A DNA stretch of 64,000 nucleotides from Candidatus Sumerlaeota bacterium (GCA_040766585.1 JAXGQE010000010.1:63117-127116), one strand, 5' to 3'. Shown: positions 19,856 through 29,263, counted from the stretch's first letter. Translations and numbers: made by a program. Notes: generated from the sequence alone by a model not told the origin.

Positions 19856-20162
19856 ACTGAGAGACCTCCTCCTTGTATAATGATTGCTGAGTGTCCAGAC
19901 AGCATACAGTGCGCATGCTGTACCGATCCAGCCTGTCTGTTGGCTGCGGACCGTTTGACTGTGGCTGCAAGTCGTGCATCCCCTGATTCCCTTTGTCAAT
20001 ATACGAACGAAAAGACCTTTGTGGGATTAAAGGATTACAGCGGATATTCACGAATCTAACATAAACACGGCAAAGGTCTGAACAGACAGATATTGATACT
20101 TTCATTATATCCAAAGTGTTGTGAAAAAGTGCATATTCATGCAATATGGCAATGCCAACCTC

Positions 20163-20183
20163 ATTGTCACAAAACGTGACAAT
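20163..20183. promoter_or_regulatory. perfect inverted repeat ATTGTCAC-N5-GTGACAAT (core TGTCA-N7-TGACA) just upstream of the HTH gene RBS; candidate operator
   Basis: Seen directly; core fits the TGTNA-N7-TNACA shape of GlnR/TnrA boxes; possible promoter TTGTGA(20119-20124)-17-CAATAT(20142-20147) lies just upstream. Confidence 0.45.
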
Positions 20184-20200
20184 CGGACGGGGGTGCAAAG

Positions 20201-21697
20201 ATGGTCTTTGCACAGAAATTAGATCTTTTAATGACCATTACCCGGACTACCAACCGGGAGCTGGGAGAATACCTGGTCATCGACCCTTCCCAGGTCAGCC
20301 GAGTCCGCAACGGACGCAGAAGACCCGGCGGCTGTTTTCTGGAAGGATTGAAACTCTGCTTATTCTTTGCGGAGCGCCTGAAGGATGACTATCAGAAAAA
20401 GGCCGTTCAGAATGCGCTGGGGCTTCCGTATGTCCTGCCTGATGACCTGGAAGAGGCGGCTTCCATTCTAGCGGGAGTGATGCGCCTGCGGGATTTTTCT
20501 GAGCCAGTGATCCCTGAGCCCATCCCTGAACACCCTCATGCCACCGTTGGAACGAGCCGTTTTGGCGTCGAAATTCCGGTCCAGGTGTATACCGGTACCG
20601 AAGGGAACAATGCGGCCAAAGTGCATTTCCTGGAGGAAGTTCTCAAAGAAAGTATCCCCCGGACCATTTGCCTGTTCAACAACGATGATATGGTCTGGAT
20701 GAAGGACGACACTCCTTTTGCCCATACGATTAATCGCTTAGCCAGAGAAATGTACGCCCGGGGGCACCGGCATATCGCCATATTTACTCCGGAACGCAAT
20801 TTTTCTCAGCTCAGCTCCATGGTGGATGAATGGATGCCGCAGATTCTCAGCCAGTCTTTGAAAGTATTCTATTATCCCGGAAAGGTAGACGGTATTTTCC
20901 GACGCCATATCAGCATCATGAGCGGCGGTCTGGCTTTGACCACTTCTGCGGTGGGGGACATGAGCGAAGACAAAATGACCATGATTACCCGGGACAAGCA
21001 GATAATCCGTTCTCTGCAAAAAGAGTTTGACCAGCTGCTGTATCTGTCCAAGCCGCTGTTTAATGTGTACCAGTCCAGCAATGAAAAGCAGATGCTGCAG
21101 GATATTACCAATATATCCAAAGATGAAGCTCCCACATTCCGTTATGCCGACCCGCTTCCGGGGAACACCATGCCGGAGTCGGTTTTTAATTCGGCCTATG
21201 AACGGATGGAATACCGCTTTAAAGAAAGGGTAGCCCGCCATTATCACGAAATCTACCGCTACAACGAATGGAATCTCAACCGCGTTCCCACCATGGAAAT
21301 GATCCACCTGCCGGATCCGGCCGATGTAAAAACCGGGCGCATCCCGGTGGAGCAATCCCTCTATTTCCCCATGGAGACCATCTACTATACGCCGCAGGAG
21401 TATGCCGACCATTTGCGTCATATCCTTTTCCTGCTGGAAAAACACCCCTTTTACCACCTGGCTTTGACAGAACGTGAAGGCCCCGAGAACCATTTGCTGC
21501 TGATCAAAAAAGGCACCCATGTGCTGGTGTCCAACAAGAATTACCCGCCGGTTATACTGACTAGCCGGGAACCTCTGATCGTGGATATATTTTGGCATCA
21601 TTATGTGGAAAAATCCGGACTGGACAAAATCACCACCGTACAGAAACGCCGGGTGATGAATATTCTGGAACAGTATCTGGCCGATCTGACACGATAA
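20201..21697 (+). CDS. hypothetical protein with N-terminal XRE-like helix-turn-helix; putative transcriptional regulator
   Basis: 498 aa; N-terminal TNRELGEYLVIDPSQVSRVRNGRR resembles an HTH; divergent from the yfcC-M20 operon; large C-terminal domain not recognised. Confidence 0.6.
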   Translation: MVFAQKLDLLMTITRTTNRELGEYLVIDPSQVSRVRNGRRRPGGCFLEGLKLCLFFAERLKDDYQKKAVQNALGLPYVLPDDLEEAASILAGVMRLRDFSEPVIPEPIPEHPHATVGTSRFGVEIPVQVYTGTEGNNAAKVHFLEEVLKESIPRTICLFNNDDMVWMKDDTPFAHTINRLAREMYARGHRHIAIFTPERNFSQLSSMVDEWMPQILSQSLKVFYYPGKVDGIFRRHISIMSGGLALTTSAVGDMSEDKMTMITRDKQIIRSLQKEFDQLLYLSKPLFNVYQSSNEKQMLQDITNISKDEAPTFRYADPLPGNTMPESVFNSAYERMEYRFKERVARHYHEIYRYNEWNLNRVPTMEMIHLPDPADVKTGRIPVEQSLYFPMETIYYTPQEYADHLRHILFLLEKHPFYHLALTEREGPENHLLLIKKGTHVLVSNKNYPPVILTSREPLIVDIFWHHYVEKSGLDKITTVQKRRVMNILEQYLADLTR

Positions 21698-21728
21698 GGG
21701 GATGGGAGTTTCACTGTAAGCTCGCTTG

Positions 21729-21757
21729 TTGACACGGCAGGGAGTTCATGGTATACT
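21729..21757 (+). promoter_or_regulatory. sigma-A-type promoter of copA-copZ
   Basis: TTGACA (21729-21734), 17-nt spacer, TATACT (21752-21757). Confidence 0.7.
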
Positions 21758-21761
21758 TAAT

Positions 21762-21778
21762 ATACCCCCATAGGGTAT
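21762..21778. promoter_or_regulatory. CsoR-type operator (GC-rich pseudo-palindrome ATACCCCCATAGGGTAT) over the copA transcription start
   Basis: Arms ATACCC/GGGTAT seen directly; closely resembles the Bacillus subtilis copZA CsoR box as I recall it; sits between the -10 and the copA RBS. Confidence 0.65.
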
Positions 21779-21795
21779 AAGTGAGGAGGGTAACC

Positions 21796-24204
21796 ATGAC
21801 AAAGCAAAATCAGTCATCCAATCATAAAGCAACCATCGGCATTACCGGAATGACTTGTGCCGCCTGTTCCGCCCGTGTGGAACGGGGATTGAAAGACACT
21901 CCCGGAGTAACGGATGCAGCCGTCAATCTGGCAACAGAGAAAGCCGTGGTGTCTTACGATCCTGAGGCCGTTTCACTGTCTGATTTGGTGCAGCGGGTGG
22001 AAGACATCGGGTACGGAGTCGTCCGGGATCGGATTTCTCTGGCAGTGGGCGGTATGACTTGTGCGGCCTGTTCCGCCCGAATTGGCACCCAGCTGGAGAA
22101 GGTTCCCGGTGTCCTGTCATCCCATGTGAATCTGGCTACAGAAAAAGCCGTAGTGGAATATCTTCCCGATATGGCCTCTGTATCCGATTTTCGGCGTGTC
22201 ATCCGCGATCTGGGATACACCATCATTGAAAGCGGTCCAGGGCGCGACGCTTCCGATGCGGAACGGGAAGCCCGTGAAGCGGAGATTCGCAAATTGAAAA
22301 ACCGATTCATATTTTCAGCGGTCCTGACACTGCCGCTGGTCAGCATGATGCTCCATGACCTGGGCATTCACATGCCGGCCTGGCTTATGGATATGCGTCT
22401 TCATTTTGTCCTGGCTACCATGGTGCAGATTGTAGCCGGTTCCACCTTTTACCGGGGAGCCTACCACAGTCTGAGAAGCGGTGCAGCCAATATGGATGTC
22501 CTGGTATCCATTGGAACAACGGCAGCCTACCTGTACAGCGTAGCGTCTACCTTTTTCATCGACGGCTTCATCTATTACGAAGCGGCGGCTGTAATCCTTA
22601 CTCTGGTGCTTTTGGGTAAATTGCTGGAGGCCAATGCCAAAGGTCGTACCTCAGAAGCCATCAAGAAGCTGATGGGTCTCCAGCCCAAAACAGCCCATGT
22701 GATAAAAAATGGAGAAGAAGTGGTGGTCCCCATTGAAGAACTGGAAGTGGGGGATCGGATTGTAGTTCGGCCGGGTGAGAAGATCCCGGTGGATGGGCAT
22801 ATGCTGGAAGGATTCAGTTCAGTGGATGAATCCATGCTCACCGGAGAAAGCATCCCGGTGGATAAGCACCCTGGAGATGAAGTCGTGGGTGCAACCATCA
22901 ATCTGCAGGGAATGATCCAGATGGAAGCCACCCGGGTGGGTCGAGATACGGCGTTGGCCCAGATTATCCGGATGGTGGAAGAAGCCCAGGGATCCAAAGC
23001 TCCGATTCAGCGACTGGCCGACCGGGTGGCTGGAGTCTTTGTACCCGTGGTCTTACTGATTGCATTGGGAACTTTTGCTGGATGGATGCTGGTATCGGGC
23101 AGTTTCACAGATGCCCTGATCCATGCCACGGCGGTCCTGGTCATCGCCTGTCCCTGCAGCCTGGGGTTGGCCACCCCCACAGCCATCATGGTGGGAACCG
23201 GACGGGGAGCTGAATCCGGTATACTGATCAAGGGCGGAGAATATCTGGAAAAAGCCCACAGTGTGAATGTGGTGGTCCTGGATAAAACCGGTACATTAAC
23301 CCGCGGTCAGCCGGAACTGACGGGAGTGTGGCCACTTTCGGGAGATGAAAATGAACTGCTGCGGATCGCGGCATCCGCCGAACAGGGATCCGAACATCCC
23401 CTGGGACAGGCCATTGTGGCCGGGGCCCGGGCGCGGGAACTGAAACTGGATACCCCGCAACAGTTTGCCGCTGTTGCCGGGCATGGAATTGAAGCCCAGA
23501 TCAACGGCCGGGCAGTCCTTTTGGGCAACCGGAAGATGATGACAGAGAAAAACATTGAATATCTGCCTGGAGAAGGGCTTTTGACAGAAGCAGAAAACCG
23601 CGGGGAGACGGCCATGTTGGCGGCCATCGACGGAAAACTGGCCGGGGTAATCTCGGTTGCGGATACGGTCAAGGATACCTCCCGGCAGGCGGTGGCCGAA
23701 CTGAAAAAGATGGGCATGGATGTGGTTATGATCACCGGAGACAACCGCCGTACTGCTCAAGCCATCGGGGATCTGGTGGGAATCAGCCATATACTGGCAG
23801 AAGTCCTGCCGCAGGATAAAGCCAAGGAAGTGGAGAAACTGAAAGGAGAAGGGAAAGTGGTGGCTATGGTGGGGGACGGAATCAACGATGCTCCCGCCCT
23901 GGCGACAGCAGACCTGGGCCTGGCGATTGGCACAGGAACCGATGTAGCCATTGAAACCGCCGGCATTACCCTGATGAGCGGAGACCTGATGGGAGTAGTG
24001 TCCGCCATCCGACTGAGCCGACGGACCATGCGCACCATCCGCCAGAATCTTTTTTGGGCCTTCTTCTACAATATCCTGGGAATACCATTGGCGGCGGCCG
24101 GGTACCTGAATCCCATGATTGCCGGAGCAGCCATGGCATTTAGTTCAGTATCCGTGGTAACCAACTCACTGCTGCTGAAGCGATACAATCCCCGCAGCAA
24201 CTGA
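21796..24204 (+). CDS. copA: copper-translocating P1B-type ATPase
   Basis: ORF 21781-24204, start at ATG 21796 behind GAGGAGGG; two N-terminal HMA domains ([10 protein letters not shown] twice), CPC, DKTGTLT and GDGINDAP motifs. Confidence 0.93.
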   Translation: MTKQNQSSNHKATIGITGMTCAACSARVERGLKDTPGVTDAAVNLATEKAVVSYDPEAVSLSDLVQRVEDIGYGVVRDRISLAVGGMTCAACSARIGTQLEKVPGVLSSHVNLATEKAVVEYLPDMASVSDFRRVIRDLGYTIIESGPGRDASDAEREAREAEIRKLKNRFIFSAVLTLPLVSMMLHDLGIHMPAWLMDMRLHFVLATMVQIVAGSTFYRGAYHSLRSGAANMDVLVSIGTTAAYLYSVASTFFIDGFIYYEAAAVILTLVLLGKLLEANAKGRTSEAIKKLMGLQPKTAHVIKNGEEVVVPIEELEVGDRIVVRPGEKIPVDGHMLEGFSSVDESMLTGESIPVDKHPGDEVVGATINLQGMIQMEATRVGRDTALAQIIRMVEEAQGSKAPIQRLADRVAGVFVPVVLLIALGTFAGWMLVSGSFTDALIHATAVLVIACPCSLGLATPTAIMVGTGRGAESGILIKGGEYLEKAHSVNVVVLDKTGTLTRGQPELTGVWPLSGDENELLRIAASAEQGSEHPLGQAIVAGARARELKLDTPQQFAAVAGHGIEAQINGRAVLLGNRKMMTEKNIEYLPGEGLLTEAENRGETAMLAAIDGKLAGVISVADTVKDTSRQAVAELKKMGMDVVMITGDNRRTAQAIGDLVGISHILAEVLPQDKAKEVEKLKGEGKVVAMVGDGINDAPALATADLGLAIGTGTDVAIETAGITLMSGDLMGVVSAIRLSRRTMRTIRQNLFWAFFYNILGIPLAAAGYLNPMIAGAAMAFSSVSVVTNSLLLKRYNPRSN

Positions 24205-24231
24205 TTTCAATATAAGGGAGGTGAATATCCA

Positions 24232-24459
24232 ATGGCAGAAGATAAAAAGTCCATGAAATTTGATTTGAATGTAGAAGGAATGACTTGCGGGCACTGTGTT
24301 TCCACCATAGAAAAGGCGGTGGGAAATGTGTCCGGTGTGGAATCAGTTAGCGTGGATTTGGCAAAAAAACTAGTGTCTGTTGTTTGTGAGAATGATCCTC
24401 TGACTCATGAAGCCATAAAGCGGGCTGTCACCAGCGCCGGCTATCAGCTAGCCGATTGA
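24232..24459 (+). CDS. copZ: copper chaperone (HMA domain)
   Basis: 75 aa with GMTCGHC metal-binding motif; RBS GGGAGGTG 9 nt upstream; directly after copA. Confidence 0.88.
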   Translation: MAEDKKSMKFDLNVEGMTCGHCVSTIEKAVGNVSGVESVSVDLAKKLVSVVCENDPLTHEAIKRAVTSAGYQLAD

Positions 24460-24510
24460 CGAGGCAGGAAATGTGTAAACGGCATTGGGGAATTCATCGT
24501 CGATGTCAGT

Positions 24511-24546
24511 CAGGGCAGCCGGGATCCGGATTTCGGCTGCCCTGGT
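24511..24546 (+). terminator. stem-loop after copZ (possible terminator or attenuator)
   Basis: Perfect 11-bp stem CAGGGCAGCCG/CGGCTGCCCTG with 12-nt loop, followed by GTTCTTTCT (weak T-tract). Confidence 0.4.
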
Positions 24547-24580
24547 TCTTTCTGGCAACCTATGGAAAAGGAGGGATCCT

Positions 24581-25363
24581 ATGCTGAGCGATCGGGAACG
24601 AATGCGCTATTCTCGCCAGATTCTTCTGGATGAGGTGGGTGAAAGCGGGCAGTTGAAATTGAAAGAAGCCAGTGTACTGATCGTGGGCTGCGGAGGCTTG
24701 GGATCGCCTGTCGCCATGTATCTGGCGGCAGCCGGAGTCGGCACCATCGCGGTTTTGGATAAAGATGTGGTGGAACTGTCCAATCTTCAGCGCCAGATCA
24801 TGCACAGCATGGACCGTTTGGGTGTACCCAAAGCGATGTCAGCCCGGATGACCTTGGAATCCATGAATCCTGAAATACAAATCCGGGAGTATATCCGGGA
24901 ACTGGTGCCTGAAAATGTTCAGGAATTCATTCGAGACTTTGATGTTGTCATTAACGGTGTCGACAATTTTGAGACCCGTTTTCTTCTGAATGATGCCTGT
25001 TATCTGGAAAAGAAGCCGCTGATCGAGGCTGGGGTACTGCGGTACGATGGATTGGTGATGACCATCCTTCCGGACCAGGGACCCTGTTATCGCTGTCTTT
25101 TTCCGCATATACCTGAGGAAGGAACCGTATCCTCCACTCAAACACTGGGTCTGTTGGCCACCATTCCCGGAATTGCCGGGACAATCCAGGCAACTGAAGC
25201 ACTGAAGGTAATCCTGGGAATCGGCAAACCCTTGACCGGGAGGGTTTTGGCATTCAACGCACTGGAGGGGCATTATGATGTGATTGACTGGCCTCGGGAT
25301 CCCCACTGCCCTCTGTGCGGAGAGCATCCCACCATCCACACTCCGGGAGAAGATTTTGAGTAA
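24581..25363 (+). CDS. ThiF/MoeB/HesA-family E1-like adenylyltransferase
   Basis: ORF 24485-25363, start at ATG 24581 behind AAAGGAGGG; nucleotide-binding GCGGLGSP; C-terminal CxxC...CxxC (CYRC...CPLC). Confidence 0.85.
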   Translation: MLSDRERMRYSRQILLDEVGESGQLKLKEASVLIVGCGGLGSPVAMYLAAAGVGTIAVLDKDVVELSNLQRQIMHSMDRLGVPKAMSARMTLESMNPEIQIREYIRELVPENVQEFIRDFDVVINGVDNFETRFLLNDACYLEKKPLIEAGVLRYDGLVMTILPDQGPCYRCLFPHIPEEGTVSSTQTLGLLATIPGIAGTIQATEALKVILGIGKPLTGRVLAFNALEGHYDVIDWPRDPHCPLCGEHPTIHTPGEDFE

Positions 25364-25374
25364 GAAAGAGTAAT

Positions 25375-25399
25375 CAAAAAACCTCCTAGGAGGTTTTTT
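25375..25399. terminator. bidirectional intrinsic terminator
   Basis: AAAAAACCTCC-TA-GGAGGTTTTTT: perfect palindromic hairpin flanked by A- and T-runs. Confidence 0.75.
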
Positions 25400-25456
25400 G
25401 ATTTCTGGCTAAAAATCTCAGGGAATCCGGAGGAGTTTCCTTTTGTGTGTCGGTGG

Positions 25457-25792
25457 CTATTTCCCCAGCCACTGGATGAAGAAGAGAAATACAGCCAGTA
25501 TGAACAGCACAGACAGAATCAGAACCGCCAGTCCCAAATTCATACCCAGGGTGGCTTCCCGGAATCCGGGAGAAGACGGTCCCTCCATCTGGCGCCGAAC
25601 CGATCGGGCTGAAAGATAGGCCAAAATGGCCAGGGGGATCACCAGTGGAAGCAGCAGTCCGTTGATCCCGATTGAATCCACGGTGATGCCCAAAAAGATA
25701 GAAAGAACGAAGGCTGCAGCTGATGCCTGTCCCAGCCGAAGGGCTGTCCAGGCGCTGCGGGGAATGGGATCGGATGAGTCTGGATGGGCCAT
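25457..25792 (-). CDS. hypothetical small membrane protein
   Basis: 111 aa, hydrophobic; strong RBS AGAGGAGGGA 6 nt upstream; last gene of a minus-strand operon with the AI-2E transporter. Confidence 0.55.
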   Translation of the reverse strand: MAHPDSSDPIPRSAWTALRLGQASAAAFVLSIFLGITVDSIGINGLLLPLVIPLAILAYLSARSVRRQMEGPSSPGFREATLGMNLGLAVLILSVLFILAVFLFFIQWLGK

Positions 25793-25823
25793 TAAAATCC
25801 CTCCTCTGCGAAGTAGTCTTCCT

Positions 25824-26876
25824 TTAGAAGAACTGCAGGTACTCGGGTTTCATGTAGTGGTGGATCAAAACGCGGATCGTACCGGCCAGGGGTATAGCAA
25901 AAACGACTCCGGCAAAGCCGAAAAAGCGAGCACCGATCAATACAGCCAGGATAATGATCAGAGGGTGCAGATTAATACTTTCTGCCCCAATGATCCAGGG
26001 GCGTATGACATAAGCTTCGAACATCTTCACGACAAATACCAGGAATATGACGACATAGACCAGTTCCCGAGCCTGAAATGATGCAATGATCATGGGAAGC
26101 AGCATACCCAGCAGCGGTCCCAGGTACGGCACAATGTTTGCAAAGCCGGCGAAAATACCCAAAACCAGAGCATAGCGAATGCCTACGAATGCAAAAAAAG
26201 CGGTGTACATGATCGAGACAATGATTATGATCAGAAACTGACCTCGGAAAAACTGGCGCATGATGGTGTTCAAATCGGTCATGACCGGCCGGGTTCGAGT
26301 GCGGCCTTCTTCGGTGAACAGATTATAGAATGTATCGGAAACCAGAGAAATATCTTTTAAGAGATAGAAAGTGAATATGGGGGCTATGAGAAAATTGATC
26401 ACATGACGGTAGATACCAAAGAAATTCTCAATAATGCTGTTGACCGTGGTGATAATGCCAACCTCAAATTGACGGATTTGCTGGTCAATGACAACCCGCA
26501 TGCTTTGAGGCAGTGATATTTGCTCATAGCTGGATTCCATCAACGCAATGAAGCTTTGAATCTGGGCGTTGTATTCCGGGAGGGCTTCGACAAAACGGTA
26601 AATCTGGCTGATGGCAATGGGGATCAGAAAAGCCAGACTAATACCGAGTGTGCCAAACACCAGCAAAAAGATGATCAGAATCGCCATCGATCGCCCGACT
26701 TTCAACCGCTCCAGACGGTTGACCAGGGGCAGGATCATGAATGCGAATATCGCCGACAAAACAAACGGGAAGAGCATGTTGCGAATCTGGTAGAAAACGA
26801 CAGCCACAACAATCCCCATGACAGCGCGAACGACGGGTATACGGTAGGAACCAATGGTAATATACAACGAATTCAC
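25824..26876 (-). CDS. AI-2E-family (PerM/UPF0118) membrane transporter
   Basis: 350 aa, about 8 TM helices, AI-2E-like sequence; annotated start is GTG 26876, alternative starts downstream possible. Confidence 0.82.
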   Translation of the reverse strand: MNSLYITIGSYRIPVVRAVMGIVVAVVFYQIRNMLFPFVLSAIFAFMILPLVNRLERLKVGRSMAILIIFLLVFGTLGISLAFLIPIAISQIYRFVEALPEYNAQIQSFIALMESSYEQISLPQSMRVVIDQQIRQFEVGIITTVNSIIENFFGIYRHVINFLIAPIFTFYLLKDISLVSDTFYNLFTEEGRTRTRPVMTDLNTIMRQFFRGQFLIIIIVSIMYTAFFAFVGIRYALVLGIFAGFANIVPYLGPLLGMLLPMIIASFQARELVYVVIFLVFVVKMFEAYVIRPWIIGAESINLHPLIIILAVLIGARFFGFAGVVFAIPLAGTIRVLIHHYMKPEYLQFF

Positions 26877-26879
26877 TCC

Positions 26880-27083
26880 CTAGATAGAGTATCGCTGCAA
26901 GCGAATTTCTTCGCGGGTGTCAGCGGGAATCTCGAACATTGTGTAGAATTCTTCGGGCGTGTAGTGGAATTTGCGCCCTTTTTCCTCATCGAAGTACCGG
27001 AAACCGTAAGGATAGAGGTTTTCTTTGTTTAAGGCGGCCAGGAAAATAAAAATCTGAACGGTAACCGTTCGTCCGGTGGCCAT
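26880..27083 (-). CDS. hypothetical small protein (start uncertain; could extend to 27323)
   Basis: C-terminal part of ORF 26880-27722; the N-terminal part overlaps the divergent MFS gene. Stop lies 3 nt before the AI-2E start; no convincing SD at either ATG. Confidence 0.3.
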   Translation of the reverse strand: MATGRTVTVQIFIFLAALNKENLYPYGFRYFDEEKGRKFHYTPEEFYTMFEIPADTREEIRLQRYSI

Positions 27084-27398
27084 CTCGACGGCATCGGTTT
27101 CAAATGATTTGCCGCCGTGGGAATACTTGAAATTGCGCAGCACAGAATCACCTTCTATATGGAATTCGACTGAAATTGGGAAATCACAGATGATTTCGGT
27201 TTTCTTGTCATTTCTCCTTCTTTTCCCGCCATGCTGGAAAAGAATCTGCAGGAGATTTGCTGCTGAATCGGGAATCGATTGCGGAGTTTGCACACAAAAG
27301 AAAACAATGGCTGGTCCCGCCATGAAGCGGGGGAAAAAGAGTCCGCTGTGTCTGAAGCTGGCTTTTGATGGGACAGCTATTGAAAAGGGGAGAATCCG

Positions 27399-28622
27399 TT
27401 GTCTGAGCGATCCTACATTTTCCGAACGGTGGTGCTTTTCAGTTTGGGGTGGGCGATTTTGTATGCCGACCGGACAGTGCTCTATCCAATGCTTTCCATC
27501 ATTGCTGATGATTTTCAGCTCAGCGGGGCTGAGACCGGTCTGATTACCAGCGCATATTTTTCTTTGTATGTTCTGATGCAGATTCCCACAGGCATTCTGG
27601 GGGATCGTCTGGGGTTGAAAAGGATCCTGGTGGTCTCCTATTTTCTGGCCGGGCTGGGGATGCTGGCGGTGGGTTTGTTTGCTACGGAGTATCGCCTGCT
27701 TCTGCTTCTGGTGGGACTGCACGGACTGGGAGCCGGCTCGTTTTACCCAGCAGTGTATGGAATGACCATGGCAACCGTGCCAGCCGCCATGAGAGGGATC
27801 AGTTCAGCACTGGTCAACTGCGGTATGTCTCTGGGCCTGGCATTGGGTCTGGTGATTAGTGGACCGCTCTACCTGGCTGCTCAAAACTGGCGCATTCCGT
27901 TTTTGGTATTGGCTGTGCCGACTCTGCTGATGCCGATACTGTTTGCCCGGTATCTGCGAGATACACGCCCTGTTGTCTCACTGACGCCGGTGGCTTTTCG
28001 CGCCATTCTCAAGGATGCACGCCTGATGCGGATCAATGCGGCCTTGTTTTGTTCTATGTACGGGTTTTGGGTGGTGGTAACCTGGGGTCCTACCTTTTTC
28101 CAAACTGAACGGGGACTGGGACTGACCTTGTCCGGTCTGTATCTGGGAGTGGTGGCTGTTTCTGCAATCCCTGCCGCCCTTTATCTTGGAAGACTCTCGG
28201 ATCGTATCGGGCGGCGAAAGATCAGCACCATCCTTCTGCCACTGTCTGCACTGACAGTGCTCATGCTGGCAGGAGTGCGTTCCCAGCCGCTTCTGGTGGG
28301 ACTGCTGATCATCTACGGACTAGTAGGGAAACTGGCTTGGGATCCGGTGGTGGTGGCCTGGACCGGTGATTATGCACTGCGCGACTATCCCGACAGCCTG
28401 GGAACAGTCATCGGTATCTACAATTTCAGCGGGATGCTTTCTGCTGTGGTGGCACCCCTGATCAGCGGTCTCATCCGTGACTATACCGGATCGCTGTTGG
28501 CAGCCTTTTACATGGGGGCGGTGCTCATTTTTATCGGTTTTTTGCTGATTCGTACGGTTCCGGAGGCCGCTGCAGCCCGCACGGGGCAAGAAAACCTTCT
28601 GTCCAAGGTCCATAGCGACTGA
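27399..28622 (+). CDS. MFS-family transporter
   Basis: 407 aa, about 12 TM helices, MFS-like loop GDRLGLKR; TTG start with RBS AAAAGGGGAG 6 nt upstream. Confidence 0.82.
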   Translation: MSERSYIFRTVVLFSLGWAILYADRTVLYPMLSIIADDFQLSGAETGLITSAYFSLYVLMQIPTGILGDRLGLKRILVVSYFLAGLGMLAVGLFATEYRLLLLLVGLHGLGAGSFYPAVYGMTMATVPAAMRGISSALVNCGMSLGLALGLVISGPLYLAAQNWRIPFLVLAVPTLLMPILFARYLRDTRPVVSLTPVAFRAILKDARLMRINAALFCSMYGFWVVVTWGPTFFQTERGLGLTLSGLYLGVVAVSAIPAALYLGRLSDRIGRRKISTILLPLSALTVLMLAGVRSQPLLVGLLIIYGLVGKLAWDPVVVAWTGDYALRDYPDSLGTVIGIYNFSGMLSAVVAPLISGLIRDYTGSLLAAFYMGAVLIFIGFLLIRTVPEAAAARTGQENLLSKVHSD

Positions 28623-28730
28623 GAATATTTCCAAGGAAGTGGAGACATCGGGTAGGGAATTGACTGTCGCAGGCGAATATGAATAGGAATAGACCAGCCG
28701 GTTCGAACCGGCAAAGAGGAGTGATCCGGT

Positions 28731-29063
28731 ATGATGCTGTTGACGGTGTCGTTTGACAGCCGACAGGTTCAGGAAGAGGAGATTGCCCGCATAGAAGAGC
28801 GGATCTGGAATACGCTGAAGCTTTCCGGAGAATACAATCGTACCCTGGAGGACAATCTGTGGGTAATCCATTATGTGATTGAAAAGAAAATCCGGGAAGA
28901 TTCTCTGCAAAAGGTGGTCGGTCTGGAAAAGGCAAAAGAAGTGAGTTTACGTGAATATACAGAAGATGACCGCCGTTCTCGCAGGAAAAAAGGCCGTGAT
29001 ACCCAGGACAATGACGAAGATGACGACGGAATGGACCTGGATGATGACGAGGACGATGAATAG
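28731..29063 (+). CDS. hypothetical protein with highly acidic C-terminal tail
   Basis: 110 aa; RBS AAAGAGGAG upstream; basic RRSRRKKGR patch followed by DEDDDGMDLDDDEDDE tail. Confidence 0.5.
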   Translation: MMLLTVSFDSRQVQEEEIARIEERIWNTLKLSGEYNRTLEDNLWVIHYVIEKKIREDSLQKVVGLEKAKEVSLREYTEDDRRSRRKKGRDTQDNDEDDDGMDLDDDEDDE

Positions 29064-29074
29064 GAGGCGGACCG

Positions 29075-29263
29075 ATGGAATACGATGATCAGTACCCTTC
29101 GAAACTGAAAGCGTTGGAAAACCATCAATTGGCCAAAGAGTACGAGCAGGTCAAAAATACCTTGTACAAGGGTTATCGCTATGGTCTTTGGGATATTCCG
29201 GAAAGGACGCTCTTTTCGATGATTGAAGCCATTGAAGCAGAGCTGGCCAGTCGTAAAGAATAG
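29075..29263 (+). CDS. hypothetical small protein
   Basis: 62 aa; RBS TAGGAGG 6 nt upstream; 11 nt after the preceding small gene. Confidence 0.45.
   Translation: MEYDDQYPSKLKALENHQLAKEYEQVKNTLYKGYRYGLWDIPERTLFSMIEAIEAELASRKE

Noticed and set aside
18395-20059. Plus-strand ORFs 18395-19102 and 19106-20059
   Set aside because: Antisense to the YfcC-family transporter; low-complexity, unrecognisable products.
20738-21601. 287-aa ORF on the minus strand
   Set aside because: Antisense to the 498-aa HTH gene, which has a good RBS and a recognisable HTH; the antisense product has no recognisable features.
27084-27722. N-terminal two thirds of minus-strand ORF 26880-27722
   Set aside because: Overlaps the N-terminal region of the MFS transporter on the opposite strand; sequence is low-complexity (Q/H/P-rich).
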